Shown here one piece after another: positions 43,764 to 52,194 of a stretch of DNA of 64,000 nt. The DNA is from Acidimicrobiia bacterium. Lineage in GTDB: Bacteria; Actinomycetota; Acidimicrobiia; IMCC26256; JAENVU01. A program made the position numbers and the translations under genes. Below the pieces are notes generated by a model that worked only from the letters and a program-made list of their open reading frames with translations, searched no databases and had not been told where the DNA came from. Each line of letters starts with the position of its first letter. Position 1 is the first letter of the stretch. The stretch spans positions 33,275-97,274 of the forward strand of contig JBKJIQ010000008.1 of assembly GCA_046598395.1 (NCBI GenBank), read 5' to 3'.

Positions 43764-45152
43764 GTGCCAAAACTGCGGCTGCGACGAGATGACCGGGAAG
43801 CCATTGGCGCTGGCGCCGCCATCTTTGCCTTTCTTGCCGTCGTGCTGGCGTTCGCGGCCATCGCGGTGGCGGGAAATGCACTCAGCACGAGCAAGGACGC
43901 GAAGGCAGTGGCCGCCGTGGGCGGTGCCGGTACCAAGGTGACCCTCTCGGAGTTCACCATCGAGCCAGCAATGGTGCTGGCATCCAAGGACGGCACGATT
44001 GCCGTTACCAATGCGGGCACCGTGGAGCACAACCTCACCATCAAGGGCACCGACGTCAAGACGCCGGCCCTCAAGCCCGGGGAGAGCGTGACCCTGTCGC
44101 TCAAGGGTCTTCCCGAAGGGGCACACGCGATCGTCTGTTCAATACCCGGTCATGAGTCATCGGGGATGAAAGGCATACTGCACATCGGAGCGGGCGGCGG
44201 GTCCGGAGCGGGCGCGACCGAATCGGCCTTGCGCGCCGTTGACCCGGCGAACAACAAAGAGATGAAGCAGCAAATCGTCGACTACACAGCCCAGCTCAAG
44301 CGCGGCCCGAACACCAAAGGAGTCGGGAACCAGATCCTCGCGCCGACGGTCCTCGCCGACGGCACCAAGGTCTTCGCGTTGACTGCGAAGATCGTGGACT
44401 GGGAGGTCGAGCCCGGCCGCACCGTCCGCGCCTGGACGTATAACGGTCAGGTCCCGGGACCGGTGATCAAGGTTGCCGACGGTGACCATGTCCAGATCGT
44501 GGTGAAGAACGACCTCCCACAATCGACCGCGGTGCACTGGCACGGCATCGAGGTGCCGAACGCGATGGATGGTGTGCCCTTCATCACGCAGGACCCGATC
44601 ACGCCGGGCAAGACGTTCACGTACGACTTTGTGGCCCATGGTCCCGCGGTCGGCATGTACCACTCCCATGACTATGCGCTGGGCCAGGTGTCCAACGGCA
44701 TGGCCGGGGCGTTCCTCATCGGCGACCAACCGCTCCCGGACACCTACGGCCCGGTGAGCCAAGAGATCCCCATGATGCTGAACGACGCGGGCGTGATCGG
44801 CTTCTCGCTCAACGGAAAGTCGTTCCCGGCAACCGCACCGATCATCGCGGCACCGGGCGAGACCGTGGAAATCCATTACCTGAACGAGGGTCAGGCGATC
44901 CACCCGATGCACCTGCACGGGATCCCGCAACTGGTCATCTCCAAAGACGGGTTTCCGCTCCCCCAGCCCTATATGGCCGACACCGTCCTCGTGGCGCCGG
45001 GTGAGCGGTACACCGTCTTGGTGAAGCCGACCGCGGCCCAACTCGGCGTGTGGGCGTTCCACTGCCACATCCTGAGCCACGCCGAGAAGGACGACGGCAT
45101 GATGTTCGGCATGGTGACCGCCTTCATCGTGGCGGAACCAACCGCGAAATAG
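43764..45152 (+). CDS. membrane-anchored multicopper oxidase with an extra N-terminal type-1 cupredoxin domain
   Basis: Inner part of ORF 43728..45152. GTG 43764, with SD AGGAGGA at 43754-43760. TM 'AIFAFLAVVLAFAAIAVAG'. T1 site 'EHNL...VCSIPGHESSGM'. MCO motifs 'HWHG', 'YHSHD', 'HPMHLHG', 'HCHILSHAEKDDGMM'. Confidence 0.85.
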   Translation: MPKLRLRRDDREAIGAGAAIFAFLAVVLAFAAIAVAGNALSTSKDAKAVAAVGGAGTKVTLSEFTIEPAMVLASKDGTIAVTNAGTVEHNLTIKGTDVKTPALKPGESVTLSLKGLPEGAHAIVCSIPGHESSGMKGILHIGAGGGSGAGATESALRAVDPANNKEMKQQIVDYTAQLKRGPNTKGVGNQILAPTVLADGTKVFALTAKIVDWEVEPGRTVRAWTYNGQVPGPVIKVADGDHVQIVVKNDLPQSTAVHWHGIEVPNAMDGVPFITQDPITPGKTFTYDFVAHGPAVGMYHSHDYALGQVSNGMAGAFLIGDQPLPDTYGPVSQEIPMMLNDAGVIGFSLNGKSFPATAPIIAAPGETVEIHYLNEGQAIHPMHLHGIPQLVISKDGFPLPQPYMADTVLVAPGERYTVLVKPTAAQLGVWAFHCHILSHAEKDDGMMFGMVTAFIVAEPTAK

Positions 45153-45164
45153 GTCTGCGCCGGA

Positions 45165-46055
45165 TTAGTGGCCGGGGTCGAACGGACCCCGGCCCATCTG
45201 GTCCCGCACGCTCACCACCGGCGGGTTCGTGAGTGACCGTCGCTGCCAGTTCGCGCCGTCGACCACCAGCGTGTGGCCGGAGATGAACCGTGCGTAGGGC
45301 GAGGCCAGGAACGTGGCGGCCCAGCCGAGCTCCTGTACCTGACCCACGCGCAATGCGGGTTGGCAGGGGTCTTTGTCGTGCGTGCGCTCCAGATTCGACT
45401 GGATGTCGGCGGTCATGTCGGCGTGCGGGAAGAGACCAGGCACGAGCCCGTTCACCTGGATCCCGTAGGGCCCCCATTCCACCGCGAGGGTCTCGGTCAG
45501 GTTCTTCACTCCGGCTTTGGCGGCGGCCGAGTGCGCGAACCCCGGACCGCCGGTCCACGCGTAGGACGCGCCGACATTGATGATGGACCCTGGCGTCTGT
45601 ACCTCCAGATGACGACGGGCGAACTCGCGGCTACAGAGGTAGGTGCCGGTCAGGGTGATGTCGACCACCGTGCGCCACGCGTTGGGCGACATATCTTCGG
45701 CCGGGACCGGGAAGTTCGCGGCCGCGTTGTTCACGAGCACGCTCGGGAGTTCGAACTGCTGGGTGGCCGCGTCGAACATCGCAGCAATGGACTCCGCGTC
45801 GCGGATGTCGCATTCCACGGTGAGCACCGGCGCTCCGATGGCTTCCATCGCGGAACGGCCGGCATCGAGGTGTTCAGGCTTGCGCGAGGCGATCACAATG
45901 CTGGCGCCGAGACGGGCGAACTCGCTCGCGATCGCCTTGCCGAGTCCGGTCCCGGCGCCGGTGACGATGACCGCGGCACCGTCGTAGGTCCCGTCCGGGA
46001 GCGCGCGAGCCCCCGGGGCGGGCGGCGCGGGAAGGCCTGGATTCTCAATACTCAT
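45165..46055 (-). CDS. SDR family oxidoreductase (2,4-dienoyl-CoA reductase-like)
   Basis: 'VIVTGAGTGLGKAIA', 'NNAAANF', 'HSAAAKAG'. Confidence 0.8.
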   Translation of the reverse strand: MSIENPGLPAPPAPGARALPDGTYDGAAVIVTGAGTGLGKAIASEFARLGASIVIASRKPEHLDAGRSAMEAIGAPVLTVECDIRDAESIAAMFDAATQQFELPSVLVNNAAANFPVPAEDMSPNAWRTVVDITLTGTYLCSREFARRHLEVQTPGSIINVGASYAWTGGPGFAHSAAAKAGVKNLTETLAVEWGPYGIQVNGLVPGLFPHADMTADIQSNLERTHDKDPCQPALRVGQVQELGWAATFLASPYARFISGHTLVVDGANWQRRSLTNPPVVSVRDQMGRGPFDPGH

Positions 46056-46063
46056 GACTGGTG

Positions 46064-46843
46064 TCAGCTCCCGGTGTAGTGGGGTGGACGCTCCGCGGCG
46101 CGGGCGGCGCGGAGCTCGGCCATGTCGTCGCTCCGGCTGATGAAGGTCTGGGCGATCATCTCCTCGTCCATCGAGCTGCGCAGTTCCGGCTGGGCAAGGT
46201 TGCGGATGATCGAGCGCGCCATTTTCACCGACACTGCCGGCATTGCCGCGATCTGTTCGGCGATGTCGCGGGCGGTCGCGTCGAGCGTGTCGGGTGCGAC
46301 GATGCGAGAGATGATGCCGTGCGTCAGCGCTTCTTCGGCTTGGAGGACTCGGCCCGTGAGTACGAGGTCGCTCGCCAGTCCGTGCCCCGCGATTTGAAAC
46401 AGCGCACCCATTCCGCCGGTATCGGGGATCACTCCATAGGTGAGTTCGGGCAGTCGGAACCGCGAGCCCTCCGCGGCGATGCGCAGGTCACAGAGCAGCG
46501 TCCGTTGGAACGACCCACCGATGGTCCAACCCTTGTGCGCCACGATGATCGGCGCGTCGATCTCCCAGACCTGCTGGATACCGCGGTGACCGCGACGCAT
46601 CAACTCGTGGTGGCTGAGGTCGCCTTGGTGGTTGCCGATCGACGAAACATCGCGGCCCGACGAGAACGACTTTCCTTCGCCGCGCCAGATGATGGCGCGC
46701 ACATCCTTACGCTCGCGGAGTTCTCGCAGCGCGGCGAACAGTTGGAGGTCCATCTCATCGTCGAACGCATTGTGGGCGTCCGGGTTGTTGTTCGTGATGG
46801 TCGCAATCGGACCGTCGTAGCTGAGTTCGATTCGGGGTGCCAT
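46064..46843 (-). CDS. enoyl-CoA hydratase/isomerase family protein
   Basis: Inner part of ORF 46064..46990 (ATG 46843, MAPRIELSYDG). 'AIIWRGEGKSFSSGRDV', 'IVAHKGWTIGGSFQRTLLCD'. Confidence 0.8.
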   Translation of the reverse strand: MAPRIELSYDGPIATITNNNPDAHNAFDDEMDLQLFAALRELRERKDVRAIIWRGEGKSFSSGRDVSSIGNHQGDLSHHELMRRGHRGIQQVWEIDAPIIVAHKGWTIGGSFQRTLLCDLRIAAEGSRFRLPELTYGVIPDTGGMGALFQIAGHGLASDLVLTGRVLQAEEALTHGIISRIVAPDTLDATARDIAEQIAAMPAVSVKMARSIIRNLAQPELRSSMDEEMIAQTFISRSDDMAELRAARAAERPPHYTGS

Positions 46844-46856
46844 CGCGTCGAGTCTG

Positions 46857-47321
46857 TCAGGCCGAGCCGGCGTCGGCGGGGAGATCGCCGAGGAGGAAGC
46901 GAGGGCCCGAACCGAGCCGCGCCGCCCGATCTTCGGGGTTATAGAGCGCGCACGACCGGAGGGAAAGGCACCCGCAACCAATGCACTCACTCAACTGGTC
47001 TCGGAGTCGAACCAACGCGTCGATCTGATCGTCGAGTCGAGGGCGCCAGGCCCGAGCAATGCGATCCCAGTCCGCCTTGTTCGGCGTGCGCTCACTGGGC
47101 AAGGTGGCGAGTGCCCCACGGATCTCGGGAAGTCCGAGGCCCACGGTCTGCGCGACGCGGATAAATGCCAGTCTCCGCAGGACGTCCCGTTCGTAGCGCC
47201 GTTGCCCGCCGTCGGTACGTACCGACCAAATCAGACCTTCGCGTTCGTAGTACCGCAATGCGGAGGAGGCGATCCCGGTGCGCTGCGCGACGATCCCGAT
47301 CGTCAGAAAGTCATCGTCCAT
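46857..47321 (-). CDS. soxR: redox-sensitive transcriptional activator SoxR (MerR family, [2Fe-2S])
   Basis: MerR HTH 'LTIGIVAQRTGIASSALRYYEREGLI' and the diagnostic cluster motif 'CIGCGCLSLRSCALYNP'. Confidence 0.9.
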   Translation of the reverse strand: MDDDFLTIGIVAQRTGIASSALRYYEREGLIWSVRTDGGQRRYERDVLRRLAFIRVAQTVGLGLPEIRGALATLPSERTPNKADWDRIARAWRPRLDDQIDALVRLRDQLSECIGCGCLSLRSCALYNPEDRAARLGSGPRFLLGDLPADAGSA

Positions 47322-47357
47322 CGACCGCTCCGTCTCGCAACGAATAATTGCCCCTTC

Positions 47358-47395
47358 ATGATACTGGACCTAAAGCTGACTTCAACTTCTAGAGT
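47358..47395. promoter_or_regulatory. overlapping divergent promoters with a MerR-type 19-bp spacer (candidate SoxR box)
   Basis: Plus strand: TGGACC (47365-70), 19 nt, TAGAGT (47390-95), then 7 nt to ATG 47403. Minus strand: TTGAAG (47385-80), 16 nt, TATCAT (47363-58) for soxR. The spacer ACCTAAAGCTGACTTCAACT matches 14/20 positions of the enteric SoxR box ACCTCAAGTTAACTTGAGGT. Confidence 0.5.
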
Positions 47396-47402
47396 ACTCG
47401 CC

Positions 47403-48683
47403 ATGACCGACGACAACGTTGACCCGGAAACGATTCAGCGCATCTACACCGACATGGGAGGCCGGGAAACATCGGATGCCGACCTCATCCGAACCGTGTC
47501 GTATCGCGTACAAGTTCCGCGAGAGGAACCGGCCGACTCGTTCATTCTGCACGCGCCGCTGGAACTCCTCGCCCGCGCGGCGCTGCTCCCCCGGGTTCCC
47601 GCGCGTGGCAAGGAGTTGGCCCGGCTTCGGTTGGTGGCCCTCCTCGCACAGTTCGAGTCGGCCGTGCCCGCGTCGATCGGCCTCATCCCCGAACCCACCG
47701 AGCCGATCGCGGCCGCGGATGCCTTGTGTGCGGCGCTGGCCGACGCTGATCTCGAAGCGACGGACCAGGCCGCGTGGAGGTTGGCGGTCAGCGCTCCCGC
47801 CACTTCCTTCGCGGAACTGCTGGGCGCCGCGGTGCTGCCGGCGTTGGCGGCGGCCGGACATGCACCAATCTTCCTTTTTCAGTACCCGCGCATCGCACCC
47901 CGTGCGGAGGCCACCGCCGGGCTGCTGCGACCGCTCGCTCGCGAGCTCGCGCGGTACCCCCAGCTTCGAGTCGATTGGGTCGATGATCGGCCAGGCGGCA
48001 ACGGCTCGATCGAGGCGCTGGCCGACGCGCTGCGCAGCGTTCCCCAGATGGGAATTCCGGGAAGTACCTTCATCTTCCCGCTGATGCATCAGGTGGACTC
48101 CGCAGGAGTCGCGGCCGAGCTGCTCGGCCCCTCGCTCGCAGGACTGACGCCCGCCGCGGCGGCCCAGGGACTCCTGCGTTGTTCCGCGCGCGCCATGCTG
48201 CTCGCCGACCCGGATCACATGCCGTATGGGTGGACGCACTGCCTGACGATGACCCAGGCCGCGCTCGGTATCGCGTCGTCGATCCCGAACCCGCAGCTCG
48301 CGGTCGATATTGCGGGTACCTATGTGGTGGGTTTCCTGGCCGCACTTGCAGGCGCACCGGTGCCCGACCGGGTAGAACTCCCTGATCCCGGCGGGACGTT
48401 CGCGGAGGCGATTGGGGCGGGCCGGGAGACAGCGGCGGGTCGGGTGTTGCACGCGTCAGACCAGGAGTTCGCGGCGATGCGAACCGAGATCGTCATGCAC
48501 GCCACCGGAGCCCACGACGCGCACATCGTGAAGTACGTACTGGCGTGTCTCGATGCGGCCGCGGCGGATCCGGGTGCCGAGCGGTTGTACCTCGCCGGTG
48601 CCGCGGCTCTGCTCGCCCATTGGCACGCAACCGGAGACCCCACCGATCCACTGACCCACGATCCGATGCTCGCGGAGCGGTAG
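47403..48683 (+). CDS. hypothetical Ala-rich, probably all-helical protein (likely SoxR target)
   Basis: Inner part of ORF 47202..48683, ATG 47403. 426 aa, no motif recognised by eye. Divergent from soxR. Confidence 0.6.
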   Translation: MTDDNVDPETIQRIYTDMGGRETSDADLIRTVSYRVQVPREEPADSFILHAPLELLARAALLPRVPARGKELARLRLVALLAQFESAVPASIGLIPEPTEPIAAADALCAALADADLEATDQAAWRLAVSAPATSFAELLGAAVLPALAAAGHAPIFLFQYPRIAPRAEATAGLLRPLARELARYPQLRVDWVDDRPGGNGSIEALADALRSVPQMGIPGSTFIFPLMHQVDSAGVAAELLGPSLAGLTPAAAAQGLLRCSARAMLLADPDHMPYGWTHCLTMTQAALGIASSIPNPQLAVDIAGTYVVGFLAALAGAPVPDRVELPDPGGTFAEAIGAGRETAAGRVLHASDQEFAAMRTEIVMHATGAHDAHIVKYVLACLDAAAADPGAERLYLAGAAALLAHWHATGDPTDPLTHDPMLAER

Positions 48684-48706
48684 CGTCGCCCGATTCAGGG
48701 GGACGC

Positions 48707-50611
48707 ATGAGCGATACGGAACGCAAGGGTCCAACGGCGTCGACGGCTGCCCGCAACGCGACCATCGGTGCATTGCTGCCGACAAACGATGCCGATTTCA
48801 TCGACGCGTCCCGGGGTCGGATTGCGCCGCTGCCGGGACCAGTGGTCCATCCGACTTGGGGCCATGCGGTCTGGGATCCCGCCGAGTGGGAGTTCATTGA
48901 CGGCGATGCGCCCGAATCGGTCAACCCGAGCCTGTGGCGTCAGGCGCGGCTGAACGCGATCCACGGTCTGTTCGAGGTCGCCGACGGTCTGTACCAGGTT
49001 CGGGGTGTCGACCTGTCCAACATCACGTTCATCGCAGGTGAGACGGGTTGGATCGTCATCGATCCACTCACGGCGACCGAAACCGCGGCGTTCGCACTCG
49101 ATCTGCTGCATCAACATTTCGCACCGCGGCCGGTAATCACGGTGATCTACACCCATAGCCACGTCGATCACTTTGGTGGTGTGCGCGGGGTGATCAGCGA
49201 CGACGACGTTGCCGCGGGTCGAGTGCAGGTGATTGCGCCCGTCGGGTTTCTCGAGGCGGCGATCAGCGAAAACGTGGCGGCCGGGCCTGCGATGTTGCGG
49301 CGGGCCAGCTACATGTACGGACGGTTGCTTCCCGGCGACGTGCTCGGCCATGTGGACTGCGGGCTCGGCAAAGCGATTCCACTTCTGGGAACCAGTGGCC
49401 TCATCGCACCGACGCGAGAGATCACCTATACCGGTGAAGAGATGACGGTCGATGGTGTCCTCCTGCGCTTTCAGTACACGCCCGATACCGAGGCGCCGGC
49501 GGAAATGAACATCTTCTTGCCCGAACGGCGACTGCTCTGTATGGCGGAGAACTGCAGCTCCACGTTGCACAACGTGTACACGCCACGCGGCGCGCAGATC
49601 CGTGACTCGCTCGCGTGGAGCAAGTACATCAACGAATCCATCGAACTCTTCGCGGCCGAGACCGACATCGTGTTCATGAGTCACCACTGGCCCCGGTTCG
49701 GGACCGACGCGGTGCGAACGTTCATGGCCGAGCAGCGCGACGTGTACCGCTGGATCCATGATCAAACCATGCGGCGCGCCAACCACGGGGAGACGGCACT
49801 CGAGATCGCGGAAGACCTCACCGGGCCGCCCGGGCTGGAGGATCGTTTTCATCTGCGCGGCTACTACGGAACGCTGAGCCACAACGCGAAGGCGGTGTAT
49901 CAGCGCTACCTCGGCTGGTTCGATGCCAATCCTGCGCATCTCCATCCGCTCCCGCCGACCGAAGCGGCCGCTCGCTACGTGGAGTTCATGGGCGGGGCCG
50001 ACGCGGTGATGGAGAAAGTGCGCGCGTGTATCGCAGCCGACGACTATCGGTTCGCGGCGGAGGCCCTCAATCATTTGGTGTTCGCCGAGCCGGAACATCG
50101 GGAGGCCGAGCTTCTCCAAGCTGATGTCTTCGAACAGCTCGGCTATCGATCCGAGTCCGGGCCGTGGCGCGACTTCTACCTGACGGGGGCCCACGAGCTG
50201 CGTCACGGTGCAACGCGGATCGGCGGTTCGATGGCCACCAGCATCGACGTCTTGCGCGCCATGACCACCGAAATGTTGGTGGACCTCATCGGCGTCCGGC
50301 TGAACGGCGACCGGGTCGGCGGGCGAGTGATCGTGATCAATCTGACGATCAGTGATCGCGACGAGATCGGCGTGGTGGGTATCGAACACGGCGCGCTGCA
50401 CTTCACCGCCGGTCGTCACGACGCGAACTCGCACGTCGCGATTACCGCGACCCATCTCGCATGGGCTCGCATCGCGAGCGGGCTGGTCACCCCCGACGCA
50501 CTCGATGCGACCGAGCTGACGATCGCTGGTGACCGCCCGTTGTTCGACGATGTCCTCACGATGCTCGATACGTTCGACGCGAGCTTCGCAATCGTGACCC
50601 CTGAGCGATGA
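48707..50611 (+). CDS. alkyl/aryl-sulfatase (metallo-beta-lactamase fold, SdsA1/Bds1-like)
   Basis: Inner part of ORF 48545..50611 (ATG 48707). MBL motif 'YTHSHVDHFGG'. Length (634 aa) and the C-terminal SCP2-like region fit type III sulfatases. The antisense 652-aa ORF was rejected. Confidence 0.8.
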   Translation: MSDTERKGPTASTAARNATIGALLPTNDADFIDASRGRIAPLPGPVVHPTWGHAVWDPAEWEFIDGDAPESVNPSLWRQARLNAIHGLFEVADGLYQVRGVDLSNITFIAGETGWIVIDPLTATETAAFALDLLHQHFAPRPVITVIYTHSHVDHFGGVRGVISDDDVAAGRVQVIAPVGFLEAAISENVAAGPAMLRRASYMYGRLLPGDVLGHVDCGLGKAIPLLGTSGLIAPTREITYTGEEMTVDGVLLRFQYTPDTEAPAEMNIFLPERRLLCMAENCSSTLHNVYTPRGAQIRDSLAWSKYINESIELFAAETDIVFMSHHWPRFGTDAVRTFMAEQRDVYRWIHDQTMRRANHGETALEIAEDLTGPPGLEDRFHLRGYYGTLSHNAKAVYQRYLGWFDANPAHLHPLPPTEAAARYVEFMGGADAVMEKVRACIAADDYRFAAEALNHLVFAEPEHREAELLQADVFEQLGYRSESGPWRDFYLTGAHELRHGATRIGGSMATSIDVLRAMTTEMLVDLIGVRLNGDRVGGRVIVINLTISDRDEIGVVGIEHGALHFTAGRHDANSHVAITATHLAWARIASGLVTPDALDATELTIAGDRPLFDDVLTMLDTFDASFAIVTPER

Positions 50612-50651
50612 CTCCACACTCCGGTGGGCCGTCGGTGTCGGTCTGAGCGCC

Positions 50652-51338
50652 ATGCCCTACGAGACGCTCGATGTGCGAAGGAACGGGCCGGTGGGCTGGT
50701 TGATCTTTGATCGCCCGGACCAGGCCAACGCGATGGATGCCACGATGCTGGAAGAGCTCGAACGGGCGTGGGCTGAACTCGATCACGATCCGACGGTGCA
50801 GGTCATCGTCAACACGGGGAATGGGCGCGCGTTCCAAACCGGCCTCGACGTCCGCCAACTCGCGCGGGACCCCGGAGCGCTTCGAGAGCAATCGCGCCGC
50901 ACCCGCGACGCAGCGTTGCGCCTCACCGCGTGGCACAACCAGGTGTGGAAGCCGGTCATCGCCGCGGTGAACGGGGTGTGTGCGGGCGGCGGGCTGCACT
51001 TCGTGGCCGATGCCGACATCGTGATCGCCGCGCCCGAAGCCACGTTTCTCGACCCCCACGTCTCGATCGGTCAGGTCAGTGCCTATGAGACGATCGCGCT
51101 GGTGAAGAAGTCACCAATGGAAGCCATCACTCGGCTCGCGCTGGTGGGTCGTCACGAACGGATCAGCGCCGACCGCGCCCGTGCGCTCGGTATCTTGTCC
51201 GAAGTGGTGGACTCCGCGGATGCGCTGCGTCCGCGCGCGCAGGAGATCGCCGAGACGATTGCGCAGTACCCGCCTGAAGCACTGGCGGCCACGAAACGCG
51301 CGCTCTGGGGCGCGCTCGAAACCGCGGAGGCTCCATGA
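50652..51338 (+). CDS. enoyl-CoA hydratase/isomerase family protein (short, 228 aa)
   Basis: 'VIVNTGNGRAFQTGLDV', 'AAVNGVCAGGGLHFVADAD'. Paralogous to the next gene. Confidence 0.75.
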   Translation: MPYETLDVRRNGPVGWLIFDRPDQANAMDATMLEELERAWAELDHDPTVQVIVNTGNGRAFQTGLDVRQLARDPGALREQSRRTRDAALRLTAWHNQVWKPVIAAVNGVCAGGGLHFVADADIVIAAPEATFLDPHVSIGQVSAYETIALVKKSPMEAITRLALVGRHERISADRARALGILSEVVDSADALRPRAQEIAETIAQYPPEALAATKRALWGALETAEAP

Positions 51339-52153
51339 AGTACTCACAGTTGGATCACCTCGTCGTCGAACGCCGCGGTCCCGTCGGTTGGTTGATCAAC
51401 AATCGGCCCGATCAACTGAACGCGATGAACGCCGCGATGCGCGACGAGTTCGCAGTCGCGTGGAAGGAGTTGGACGCGGATCCCGCAGTTCGCGTCATCG
51501 TGCACACCGGCGAAGGCCGTGCGTTTCAGACCGGTGTGGATATGGCGGAAGTCGCCGGTGATGGCATGGGGATGGAGCGCTACCGCGACTCCGTGGCCGA
51601 TTTCGATCTGCATTTCACGAGTTGGCATCAGCAGGTTTGGAAGCCCGTAATCACCGCGGTCAACGGCATCTGCTGCGGTGGTGGATTCCATTGGGTCGCG
51701 GATGCCGACATCGTGATCGCAGCCGCCGACGCACAGTTTTTCGACCCCCATGTGTCGGTGGGTCAGGTAGTGGCGATCGAAGCAATTGGTCTGATGAAGA
51801 AGATGCCGGTGGAAGCGGTCATGCGAATGGCCTTCATGGGTCGGTACGAGCGGGTCAATGCCGAGCGCGCCTATGAACTCGGCATGATCAGCGAGATCGT
51901 CGATCCGCCGGACAGGCTGCGGGACCGGGCCCAGGAGTTGGCCGAGACGATCGCTCGAAACTCCCCCGCGGCCATGGCCGCCACCAAGCGCGCATTGTGG
52001 GGTGCGCTGGAACTGGGTCTCACCGACGCGTGCAAGGCCGGAGCGCAGGAACTCGTGGGCATGTGGGGACATCCCGACCAGGAAGAGGGACCGCGCGCAT
52101 TTGCGGAGAAGCGCGACGCGAACTGGTCGCCTCCCGTCCCGTCGATCCCGTAA
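51335..52153 (+). CDS. enoyl-CoA hydratase/isomerase family protein
   Basis: 'VIVHTGEGRAFQTGVDM', 'TAVNGICCGGGFHWVADAD'. ATG 51335 overlaps the upstream stop (ATGA). Confidence 0.8.
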   Translation: MKYSQLDHLVVERRGPVGWLINNRPDQLNAMNAAMRDEFAVAWKELDADPAVRVIVHTGEGRAFQTGVDMAEVAGDGMGMERYRDSVADFDLHFTSWHQQVWKPVITAVNGICCGGGFHWVADADIVIAAADAQFFDPHVSVGQVVAIEAIGLMKKMPVEAVMRMAFMGRYERVNAERAYELGMISEIVDPPDRLRDRAQELAETIARNSPAAMAATKRALWGALELGLTDACKAGAQELVGMWGHPDQEEGPRAFAEKRDANWSPPVPSIP

Positions 52154-52194
52154 TCGGCCAGACTCCAGCACCACACCTTTCGAAAGGAGACATC

